Positions 1 through 8,180 of a DNA stretch of 64,000 nt are shown here, one piece after another. Both the position numbers and the translations under genes were made by a program. The notes under the pieces were generated by a model. It saw only the letters and a list, made by a program, of their open reading frames with translations. It was not told where the DNA came from and did no database searches. The DNA comes from an uncultured Erysipelotrichaceae bacterium (lineage in GTDB: Bacteria > Bacillota_I > Bacilli_A > RFN20 > CAG-826). The DNA is taken from positions 1,749-65,748 of the forward strand of contig OMWW01000004.1 of the NCBI GenBank assembly GCA_900314865.1, given 5' to 3'. Numbering within the stretch: the first letter of the stretch is position 1; each line of letters opens with the position of its first letter.

Positions 1-1
1 A

Positions 2-1021
2 AATCCTAATGGTGGTAGTGTTGATTCGACTTCCATAACTGTAATCTACGATTCTTTCTACTCTCTTCCAATTCCAACGAGACTTAATTACATATTCTTG
101 GGCTGGTATGATGGAGACAAAAAAATCTCAAACAACGCGACTTGGAAATATACAGAAAACAAATCATTTACTGCAAAATGGACGAACATTACCAATACAT
201 ATGTATTTGACGCTGGTGATGGAAATTGTGAAGTTGACTCAATGGTTATTGGTTGGGAAGATGAATATGAATTACCAACCCCAACAAGTGAATTCTATTT
301 GTTTGATGGGTGTTATTTAAATGACGCTAAAATTCCTCAATCTGGAACATGGACATATTCAAATTCTGGTGGTCATTTAGTAGCGAAATGGGATTCACCT
401 TTAACTATTGAAAATAATATTGTAAAAAGTTGTGACAAATCTATTTCTAAAGTTATTATCCCTGATGGCGTCACTTCAATAGGAAACAACGCGTTTTTTG
501 AATGTACTTCCCTCACTTCAATAACCATCCCCGACAGTGTCACTTCCATCGGTGGTGCAGCTTTCTTCAAATGCACATCCCTCGCTTCAATCATTATCCC
601 TGATAGCGTTACCTCAATTGGAGCTGCCACCTTTAAATATTGCACATCCCTAACCTCAATCATTATCCCTGATAGTGTTACCTCAATTGGAGCTGCCACC
701 TTTGATGGTTGTCAATTCCTAACCTCAATCGTTATACCTAATCGTGTCACCTCAATTGGAGATTATGCCTTTAATGATTGCTCATCCCTCGCTTCAATCA
801 TTATGTCTAACAGTGTCACCTCAATTGGCAAAGGAACTTTCTTTAACTGTACATCGCTAACCTCAATAGTCATTCCTGACAATGTTACCTCAATTGGCGA
901 AAAAACTTTCCAAAATTGTTTATCACTTACAATTTACTGTAGAGCTCAATCAAAACCATCAGGCTGGAATTCAAATTGGAATTCTAGCAATAGACCTGTT
1001 GTATGGGGGTATGAAGGATGA
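2..1021 (+). CDS. Surface protein, 5'-partial: N-terminal Listeria-Bacteroides (Flg_new, YxFxGWY) repeat followed by about 8 BspA-type leucine-rich repeats of 23 aa (IPDSVTSIGxxAFxxCTSLTSI)
   Basis: The frame is open from the window edge; the track ORF at 98 begins at an internal TTG. NYIFLGWYDGDKK motif; repeated 69-nt LRR units; ends at TGA 1019-1021. Confidence 0.6.
   Translation, partial: NPNGGSVDSTSITVIYDSFYSLPIPTRLNYIFLGWYDGDKKISNNATWKYTENKSFTAKWTNITNTYVFDAGDGNCEVDSMVIGWEDEYELPTPTSEFYLFDGCYLNDAKIPQSGTWTYSNSGGHLVAKWDSPLTIENNIVKSCDKSISKVIIPDGVTSIGNNAFFECTSLTSITIPDSVTSIGGAAFFKCTSLASIIIPDSVTSIGAATFKYCTSLTSIIIPDSVTSIGAATFDGCQFLTSIVIPNRVTSIGDYAFNDCSSLASIIMSNSVTSIGKGTFFNCTSLTSIVIPDNVTSIGEKTFQNCLSLTIYCRAQSKPSGWNSNWNSSNRPVVWGYEG
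589..704 (+). repeat. Near-identical tandem 69-bp repeat units inside the LRR gene (47-nt cores at 589-635 and 658-704 differ by 1 nt)
   Basis: Direct sequence comparison of the repeat cores. Confidence 0.7.
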
Positions 1022-1503
1022 GCACTGACAACATCATTACAATTTGTAGTGTTGCGGTATCATTAATTGTTTCAGTTATAACAATATGTGCTGAATTACA
1101 TAAATTTAGGAAAGAATCATATAACAAACGTGTAACTGAAGAAAGAATAAAATGGCTAAACAAAGTTAGAGATGATTATTCTATCGTTATGGCAGCGTAC
1201 ACTTTGAAAAGTGGAACGCATAATAATCGTGAATGTTCAATTGATGAAGAAACATATAATAACCGTATGTATGAAGCTGAAAAAGCGAGGTTTGATTTGA
1301 TATCTAGGCTGAACACTAATAAGGAGGATGGAAATGAATACAATTTGTTCCTTAAAACAGTGTTAGAAGATATGGATTTTTGTTCTAATTATTCTGAACA
1401 ATTACCAGATAAAGAAGATATTGAAATATTCAAAATGTATATGAATAAAATGCTCGAGAAAGAATGGAGTAAAAGTAAAGATGAAACTATTGGAAAAATG
1501 TAA
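1018..1503 (+). CDS. Hypothetical protein with N-terminal transmembrane helix
   Basis: ORF overlaps the upstream stop (ATGA); hydrophobic N-terminus; no recognisable family. Confidence 0.4.
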   Translation: MSTDNIITICSVAVSLIVSVITICAELHKFRKESYNKRVTEERIKWLNKVRDDYSIVMAAYTLKSGTHNNRECSIDEETYNNRMYEAEKARFDLISRLNTNKEDGNEYNLFLKTVLEDMDFCSNYSEQLPDKEDIEIFKMYMNKMLEKEWSKSKDETIGKM

Positions 1504-1816
1504 AAAATGGATTAAATATTTGCCTCACATTTTTTTAGGTGTTTTAGCATTAGCTTTTATTGGTGGAATTGTTTTTTCTATCTATTTTATCTTTATAAAA
1601 CCAGTAGATTACTATGCAATTCTAATTGTATTAGGATTGATGCTTATTGATGCCCTTATGATGACTTTCTTTATTCCATGGATCATTAAAATCAACAACG
1701 ACAACAAAGAAGATTATTTTAAAGAAAAAGCAAAAGAGATCATCGATGCTTACATTGAAAAGCATAAACCAAATGTATCTCAAGAAAACAACGAAGAAAT
1801 CAAAAATAACCTTTAA
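1481..1816 (+). CDS. Hypothetical small membrane protein (2 TM)
   Basis: ORF with two hydrophobic segments; overlaps the previous ORF by 23 nt. Confidence 0.4.
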   Translation: MKLLEKCKKWIKYLPHIFLGVLALAFIGGIVFSIYFIFIKPVDYYAILIVLGLMLIDALMMTFFIPWIIKINNDNKEDYFKEKAKEIIDAYIEKHKPNVSQENNEEIKNNL

Positions 1817-1843
1817 AAACGTTATCTAATTAACCTATAATAA

Positions 1844-2020
1844 TTTTGCCAAAGGTGGAGATGTACGTCCCTTCCCGCTAAGCAAGAAATTGCCACCGGT
1901 GAGGTAACGTCAGCGTACGACCACGGCGCACCAAAATACTAGTATTGGTGGTACAATGCGATCCAGGAGACGCGCTGACCTGGTTGACAAAACAATTAAT
2001 GCTCATACGAGCATTTTTTG
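1844..2020 (+). ncRNA. Candidate structured small RNA, about 170 nt and GC-enriched, with its own -10 box (TATAAT 1837-1842) and an intrinsic terminator; identity unknown, possibly 6S-like
   Basis: Local GC clearly above background; complementary 5'/3' segments (TTTTGCCAAAGG 1844-1855 against CCTGGTTGACAAAA around 1977-1990); terminator hairpin ATGCTC-ATAC-GAGCAT plus T6; no coding potential. Confidence 0.3.
1999..2020 (+). terminator. Rho-independent terminator (ATGCTC ATAC GAGCAT TTTTTT)
   Basis: Perfect 6-bp stem, 4-nt loop, T6 tract. Confidence 0.6.
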
Positions 2021-2102
2021 TTGCCTTCATGTACGCTTTTTTAAACTGAAATTTAAAAAACTCTTCAATTTCTATTCACAGTAGATTTTTCATTATTATA
2101 TA

Positions 2103-3962
2103 ATGATGTATATGGCGTACGGATTACTTTATGATTACTTAATGGGCCAAAGCATTGATGCTTACAATTATTTTGGTGCCCACTTTGAAAAGAGAGATAA
2201 CGTTTGTGGTGTAGTCTTTAGACTTTACGCCCCAATGGCCAGTGACGTCTCTGTTATCGGAGATTTCAATGACTGGAATGTTTATTCTCACAAGATGAAC
2301 AAAGTTGATGATTGCGGTGTTTGGGAAATCTTTGTCCCAGGACTTTGCAATTATCAAGCCTACAAATTCCACTTTAAGAATGCGAAAGGAGCGTATGTAG
2401 ACAAAATTGACCCATATGCGTTCTTTAGTGAAGTTGCTCCAGGTACATGTTCACGTTTATTTGACATCAGTGGTTTCATCTGGCATGACGATGAATTCTT
2501 AAAACAAAGAACTCGTAATTTTGACAAACCAATGTCAATTTATGAAATGCATGTTGGTAGTTGGCTTAAGAGTCACGAAGGAAGATTCTCTTCTTTTGAA
2601 GAACTCGCAGATGAACTCATCCCTTATATCCAAGGTATGGGTTATACACATGTAGAATTTATGCCTATCATGATGCACCCATTCTTAGGAAGCTGGGGAT
2701 ATCAAGCGACAGGATTCTATTCTGTTGACCCACGTTATGGAAATCCATATCAACTCATGTCTTTAATTGATAGACTTCATCAAGCTGGTATTGGAGTAAT
2801 TATTGATTTTGCTCCAGTGCACTTCGCTAACGATGAATGGGCTCTTAAAGATTATGATGGCACTCAATTATTTGAATATAGCAATCAATATCGAGTGTCT
2901 CCATGGGGAAGCTTACAATTCGATTTAGGAAAAGATCCAGTTAGATCCTTCTTAATGAGTGCGATTAATTTCTATGTCTCTATGTTCCACGCGGACGGTA
3001 TTAGAATTGACGCGGTCAGTAACATCATCTTCTATAACGGTGATAAACGTAATGGTACGAATGATGGAGCAATTGAATTCATCAAACGTTTAAATGGTAA
3101 GATGCATATCGCTCATGACTCGGTAATGATGATTGCCGAAGATAGTAGTGATTATCCAGGAGTTACAAAAGATACATCTATCGGTTTAGGTTTCGATTAT
3201 AAATGGGACTTAGGCTGGATGAATGATACCTTAAAATATTACTCATTAGATCCAATCTATAAGAAATATGACCATAACAAACTCACTTTCTCAATGGCCT
3301 ATTTCTATAGCGATAATTTCCTTTTACCATTCTCTCATGATGAAGTAGTCCACGGTAAAGGCACCCTCTTAAATAAGATGTGGGGTGATTATTATCAAAA
3401 GTTCGCCTTATTACGTAATTTAATTACCTATCAATTTGCCCATCCAGGCAAAAAACTCAACTTCATGGGTAATGAATTTGGTTCCTTTGATGAATGGAAT
3501 GAAAGCAAATCTCTTCCATGGCATCTCAAACAATTCCCTGCTCATGACTCAATTAGTAGACTATATCACGATTTAAACTTAATCTACCGCGCTCATAAAG
3601 CGATGTATTTTGAGGAACATAACCCAGAAAGATTCAGATGGTTAATCGTTGATAATAATTATGATTCTGTGTTTGCGTTCACTAGACGTTGTGAAGGTGA
3701 AACCTTAATCTTTGTCTTCAATATGACCCCTAACTTCTATAGTGGATTTGGTATCCCAGTAGAAAAAGAGGGAGAATACGAAGAAATCTTTAATAGCGAT
3801 AAAGACATCTATGGTGGTGATAACCAATATAATGGTGCGACCTTAGGTAGTTTTGCTGGATACATCACTATTAAACTTGCCTCTTTTGGTGCGATGATTT
3901 TCAAATACAAAGAAAAGGAAGTTGAAGCTCCTAAAAAGGCAAAAAGAACTACTAAAAAGTAG
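2103..3962 (+). CDS. glgB: 1,4-alpha-glucan (glycogen) branching enzyme, GH13
   Basis: Full-length similarity pattern to GlgB (N-terminal CBM48-like region, GH13 catalytic core motifs DFAPVHF, GIRIDAV, EDSSDYPG). No Shine-Dalgarno; a TATAAT lies immediately upstream, so the true start may be the ATG at 2112 (leaderless). Confidence 0.9.
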   Translation: MMYMAYGLLYDYLMGQSIDAYNYFGAHFEKRDNVCGVVFRLYAPMASDVSVIGDFNDWNVYSHKMNKVDDCGVWEIFVPGLCNYQAYKFHFKNAKGAYVDKIDPYAFFSEVAPGTCSRLFDISGFIWHDDEFLKQRTRNFDKPMSIYEMHVGSWLKSHEGRFSSFEELADELIPYIQGMGYTHVEFMPIMMHPFLGSWGYQATGFYSVDPRYGNPYQLMSLIDRLHQAGIGVIIDFAPVHFANDEWALKDYDGTQLFEYSNQYRVSPWGSLQFDLGKDPVRSFLMSAINFYVSMFHADGIRIDAVSNIIFYNGDKRNGTNDGAIEFIKRLNGKMHIAHDSVMMIAEDSSDYPGVTKDTSIGLGFDYKWDLGWMNDTLKYYSLDPIYKKYDHNKLTFSMAYFYSDNFLLPFSHDEVVHGKGTLLNKMWGDYYQKFALLRNLITYQFAHPGKKLNFMGNEFGSFDEWNESKSLPWHLKQFPAHDSISRLYHDLNLIYRAHKAMYFEEHNPERFRWLIVDNNYDSVFAFTRRCEGETLIFVFNMTPNFYSGFGIPVEKEGEYEEIFNSDKDIYGGDNQYNGATLGSFAGYITIKLASFGAMIFKYKEKEVEAPKKAKRTTKK

Positions 3963-3979
3963 AAAGGAATACAAACATT

Positions 3980-6382
3980 ATGTTTGCATCGAAGAACGAT
4001 TTTAAAAAAGAATTCCAGTCCCGTTTACTTCAAAGATACGGTGTTGAAGTTAAAGATAGTTGTCCTAATGAACAATACACCATTTTAGGTGAAATGATTA
4101 GAGACTACGCTAATGTCGACTGGTCCAAAACCCATTTAGAATCCACACAAGGAAAAAGAACTTTGATTTATTTTTCCATGGAATTCTTAATTGGACGTTT
4201 ACTTAATAACAATATTCAAAACCTCGGTTTATACAAAATTATCAAAGAAGGTTTAGATGAACTTGGTATTGATATCAATACCTTAGAAAACGAAGAAAGT
4301 GACGCCGGTCTTGGTAATGGTGGTCTAGGTCGACTTGCCGCCTGTTTCCTTGATTCCATTGCTTCTTTAGGATACATCGGACACGGTAACTGTATCCGTT
4401 ATGAATATGGTTTCTTCCGTCAAAAGATTGCTGATGGAAAACAAAAAGAATTACCAGATCAATGGCTCACTAACGGTAACGTTTGGGAAGTCAGAAGAGC
4501 AAAATATGCGGTCGAAGTTAAATTCTACGGACATCCTGAAAGCTATCAAAAGAAAGATGGAACATTTGGTATTAAGACAGCGGACGCTTTAATTGTTAGA
4601 GCAGTCCCATATGATATGCCAGTTATTGGTTATCAAAACCATGTCACTAATACTTTAAGACTTTGGAACGCTGAACCAAGTAGTAAGCCACTTCCAAAAT
4701 CAACTTCTTTCCAAGAATACTGTATTGCTCTAGAAGAATTATGCCACGGTTTATACCCAGATGATTCTACTGAAGCTGGTCGTATTTTAAGACTTAGACA
4801 ACAATATTTCTTAGTCTCTGCCGGTTTACAAAGTGCTTTAAATTCTTATTATAGACACCGTGGAACATTAATAGATATCCATAAGGATTATGTCTTCCAA
4901 CTCAATGACACTCACCCAATCTTGGCGATTCCTGAAATGATGAGAATCATGCTTGATGAATATGATATGGAATGGGATGAAGCTTGGGCAGAAGTGACTC
5001 AATGTATGGCTTACACTAACCACACCGTCATGGTGGAGGCTTTAGAAAGATGGCCAGTACTTTATGTCCAACACTTAATTCCACGTTGCTATATGATCAT
5101 TGAAGAAATCAACCGTAGATTTAATATCGAAATGATCAATAACGGTGTTAATGAATGGGAAAGACATGCGATGAACATCATTAAAGATGGACAAATCCAC
5201 ATGACTAATTTAGCGATTTACACTGCTTTCTCAGTTAATGGTGTTGCGGCTTTACATACCGAAATCTTAAAGCACACAACCTTCAAAGAATTCTACCATT
5301 ATATGCCAGAGAAATTTAACAATAAGACCAATGGTGTTACCCACCGTAGATGGCTTGTTAATTCTAACCCTGCTCTAGCAGATCTTATCTCTTCTAAAAT
5401 TGGTAAAGACTGGATTTTAGATATGAGCAAGATTAAAGCCTTTGATAAATTCGCTACCGATAAGAAAGTCATTAAAGAATTTAACGAGATTAAGTTAGAA
5501 AACAAAAAGAAACTCGCTAAATACGTCAAAGAACATAATGGTATTGATGTTGATGTGAATTCTATCTTTGACGTTCAAATTAAGCGTCTACACGCTTATA
5601 AACGTCAATTGATGAATGTCTTCCACATCATCTATTTATATCAAAGAATGAAGTCTGATCCTTCATTTAGAATCTATCCACATACCTACTTCTTTGGTGC
5701 GAAAGCCGCTCCAAGTTATACCTACGCGAAGAAGATTATTGAATTAATCTTAGCGGTTGGTGAAGTAGTGAATAACGATCCAGAGATTTCACCATACTTA
5801 AAGGTTGTCTTTATTGAAAACTATGGCGTTTCTTTAGCGGAATTAATCATTCCTGCTGCTGATATCAGTGAACAAATTTCTACTGCTGGTAAAGAAGCTA
5901 GTGGTACTTCCAATATGAAGTTCATGATGAATGGTGCTGTTACCTTAGGAACACTTGATGGTGCGAACATTGAAATAGCTGAACTCGCAGGTGAAGAAAA
6001 CGAAGTTATCTTTGGTCTTAAGAACGAAGAAGTTGAAGAACTCGTTAATAGTGGCTCTTATTCTCCATGGGATATGTATAATGGTGATCAACGTATCAAA
6101 GCCATTATGGATAGCTTATTTGATGGTGAATGGACCAATTACCGTAGAGATAAATTCAGAATGATCTTTGATGAAATCTTTAATGGCAACGACCAATACT
6201 TTATCTTGAAAGATCTTCCAAGTTATATCGAAGCTCAAGAAAAAGCATCTGCACTATATCAAGATCGTGAACACTGGGCGACAATGTGTTTACACAACAT
6301 CGCTAATAGTGGATTCTTCTCCAGTGATAGAACGATCAATGAATACGTCAGAGACATTTGGAAATTGGAGAAAATTGACTAA
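3980..6382 (+). CDS. glgP: Glycogen/maltodextrin phosphorylase (GT35), pyridoxal-phosphate site EASGTSNMKFMMNGA
   Basis: 800 aa; conserved PLP-lysine motif; RBS AGAAAGGAA upstream. Confidence 0.9.
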   Translation: MFASKNDFKKEFQSRLLQRYGVEVKDSCPNEQYTILGEMIRDYANVDWSKTHLESTQGKRTLIYFSMEFLIGRLLNNNIQNLGLYKIIKEGLDELGIDINTLENEESDAGLGNGGLGRLAACFLDSIASLGYIGHGNCIRYEYGFFRQKIADGKQKELPDQWLTNGNVWEVRRAKYAVEVKFYGHPESYQKKDGTFGIKTADALIVRAVPYDMPVIGYQNHVTNTLRLWNAEPSSKPLPKSTSFQEYCIALEELCHGLYPDDSTEAGRILRLRQQYFLVSAGLQSALNSYYRHRGTLIDIHKDYVFQLNDTHPILAIPEMMRIMLDEYDMEWDEAWAEVTQCMAYTNHTVMVEALERWPVLYVQHLIPRCYMIIEEINRRFNIEMINNGVNEWERHAMNIIKDGQIHMTNLAIYTAFSVNGVAALHTEILKHTTFKEFYHYMPEKFNNKTNGVTHRRWLVNSNPALADLISSKIGKDWILDMSKIKAFDKFATDKKVIKEFNEIKLENKKKLAKYVKEHNGIDVDVNSIFDVQIKRLHAYKRQLMNVFHIIYLYQRMKSDPSFRIYPHTYFFGAKAAPSYTYAKKIIELILAVGEVVNNDPEISPYLKVVFIENYGVSLAELIIPAADISEQISTAGKEASGTSNMKFMMNGAVTLGTLDGANIEIAELAGEENEVIFGLKNEEVEELVNSGSYSPWDMYNGDQRIKAIMDSLFDGEWTNYRRDKFRMIFDEIFNGNDQYFILKDLPSYIEAQEKASALYQDREHWATMCLHNIANSGFFSSDRTINEYVRDIWKLEKID

Positions 6383-6873
6383 TGTTTTGTTCTCTTACTG
6401 ATTTATATATCAAGCAAAGAGAATTAGATGAAGAAATCGCCGTGAATCACGGCGTTTCTTATTCTTCGACTCGTAACAAAAGAACACTTGCTCTTCTTGT
6501 TGAACTTGGAGAATTCGCTAATGCGACTAGAACCTTTAAATACTGGTCCAATAAAAGTAGTGAATCTAAAGAAAGAGTGCTTGACGAATTTTCGGATGGC
6601 CTACATTTCATTCTCTCTTTAGGAATTGATCAAGGTTATAAAGTTGATTCTATCGAAGTAAATGATGATAAAGATTCTCTTACAGATAATTTACTCAAGA
6701 CCTATGAACTCGTTTCTAAATTTTATAAGGAACAAACTCTTCCTAATTATTTAAAAGCCTTTGAGAGCTATTTAAGAGCGTTATTTAAACTTGGTTTCTC
6801 TTGGGAAGAAGCAAAAGACGCATATTATAAAAAACTCAAAGAAAACCACGTTAGACAAGAAACAAATTATTAA
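6382..6873 (+). CDS. Dimeric dUTPase-like all-alpha NTP pyrophosphatase (dUTPase_2 family)
   Basis: Motifs RNKRTLALLVELGEF..KYW and HFILSL match dimeric dUTPases; start codon overlaps the glgP stop (TAATG). Confidence 0.5.
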   Translation: MFCSLTDLYIKQRELDEEIAVNHGVSYSSTRNKRTLALLVELGEFANATRTFKYWSNKSSESKERVLDEFSDGLHFILSLGIDQGYKVDSIEVNDDKDSLTDNLLKTYELVSKFYKEQTLPNYLKAFESYLRALFKLGFSWEEAKDAYYKKLKENHVRQETNY

Positions 6874-6921
6874 ATACTTAATAAATATTTTATTGCTCTA
6901 ATGTAAGAAAAATAAGAAAAT

Positions 6922-6955
6922 CGGCGATTTCAATTTGTGAAACCGCTATTTTTTT
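6922..6955 (+). terminator. Rho-independent terminator after the glgB-glgP-dut-like operon
   Basis: Hairpin CGGCGATTTCA-atttg-TGAAACCGC followed by TATTTTTTT. Confidence 0.5.
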
Positions 6956-6971
6956 GCGATAATAATAGTGT

Positions 6972-7457
6972 ATGAGCTATAAGATAAATGATCGCGTAGT
7001 TCATTCCAGAGATGGTTTAGCTACGATCAAAGACATAACCACGATTGCTGGGAATGAATATTTTGTCATTGTCTCAGATAAAGGAGACCGTGAAAATATT
7101 TATGTTTTAACAAGCCGTACAGAAAATATCATTCGTCCAATCATGAGTGAAGAGGAATCAACCGCAGTCATCAACTATATGAAGACTGTAAAAGCGGAAT
7201 TCATCTCTAACACCAAACAAAGAAGAGACCAATACCGTAGAAGATTACTTTCTGGTAATGTCTACGATTTAGCGTATCTCTCTTGTCAACTCTATTTCTT
7301 TAATTACTATAATGCGCACGGACAACTTGTAAAATTAGGACCAACTGATTTACAAATGTTAAAAGATGCGGAAAGTGTCCTATTTGATGAATTTGCGATA
7401 TCACTAGGAGTTTCTAGAGAAAAAATCGCTGATAAAGTCGCGTCCTTATTATCTTAA
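6972..7457 (+). CDS. CarD/CdnL family (CarD_TRCF domain) transcriptional regulator
   Basis: N-terminal DRVVHSRDGLATI motif typical of the CarD N-terminal RNAP-interacting domain; 161 aa. Confidence 0.7.
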   Translation: MSYKINDRVVHSRDGLATIKDITTIAGNEYFVIVSDKGDRENIYVLTSRTENIIRPIMSEEESTAVINYMKTVKAEFISNTKQRRDQYRRRLLSGNVYDLAYLSCQLYFFNYYNAHGQLVKLGPTDLQMLKDAESVLFDEFAISLGVSREKIADKVASLLS

Positions 7458-8138
7458 TATATCTAATAACTCCCACATATGATCAATGATATGTGGGTTT
7501 TTTATATTCTTTTGTAAATACTCTTTTGTACGATATCCATAGCTCACTAAAACGATATCAACATTTGAGTTTTTTGCGGTCTCATAATCGATATTTGTGT
7601 CACCAACATAGAGGGTTTCTGTCGCGTTATTGCCTAATTTTGCTAGGACAAAGTTAACCATATCACTACTTGGTTTTGGGCTAAATCTATCTTCCAAACC
7701 TTGGATATGTTCAAAGATATCTGGGAAGTATTTTGTTACTAATCTATTAGCACCCTCATTAAACTTATTTGAAACGACTGCGAGTTTATAACCACGTTTC
7801 TTTAATTCAACAAGAGTGTCTTTCACTCCTTCGTATGGTAACGAAGATTCGAAGTAGTGTTCACAGTAGTATTCTTTGAATTCATTTAAGATTTCTAAAT
7901 ATTCTTCCTTACTTGTTCCAACAGGAACACTTCGTTCAATTAGTTTTGCTACTCCATTACCAATATCATTTGTGGTTCGCTCAACACTTAAGGTTGGATA
8001 GTGGTGTTTTTTTAAGGCAAAATTAGTGGCCTTATTTAAGTCTTTTACGGTATCAATAAGAGTGCCATCAAGGTCAAAAATGATTAGTTTCTTTTCCATC
8101 AATACCATTTTACTCACTGAAGTAAAAATAACAATCAT
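7449..8138 (-). CDS. HAD-superfamily hydrolase (phosphoglycolate phosphatase/PpaX-like)
   Basis: Motif I IIFDLDGTLIDT, motif III and IV (K..., GDTNIDYETA). The likely true start is the internal MEKKL at about 8099. Convergent 9-nt overlap with the carD-like gene. Confidence 0.7.
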   Translation of the reverse strand: MIVIFTSVSKMVLMEKKLIIFDLDGTLIDTVKDLNKATNFALKKHHYPTLSVERTTNDIGNGVAKLIERSVPVGTSKEEYLEILNEFKEYYCEHYFESSLPYEGVKDTLVELKKRGYKLAVVSNKFNEGANRLVTKYFPDIFEHIQGLEDRFSPKPSSDMVNFVLAKLGNNATETLYVGDTNIDYETAKNSNVDIVLVSYGYRTKEYLQKNIKNPHIIDHMWELLDILR

Positions 8139-8180
8139 ATATTATGATTAGACATTTACTATATTTATCTATAAAATGAT

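Noticed and set aside
373-699. 108-aa minus-strand ORF with internal peptide repeats
   Set aside because: It is antisense to the LRR repeat region. Its own repeats only mirror the sense-strand LRR periodicity. No RBS.
1019-1066. Possible TGA=Trp read-through extending the LRR protein
   Set aside because: Large conserved genes (rpoB, rpoC, fusA) contain no in-frame TGA and encode Trp with TGG. The standard code is therefore assumed and TGA 1019-1021 is treated as a stop.
1900-2020. T-box leader (GGTGGTACAATGCG resembles the T-box GGUGGUACCGCG)
   Set aside because: The element is too short for a T-box, and no specifier/antiterminator arrangement could be built. The downstream gene, glgB, is not an aminoacyl-tRNA or amino-acid gene and has its own promoter after the terminator.
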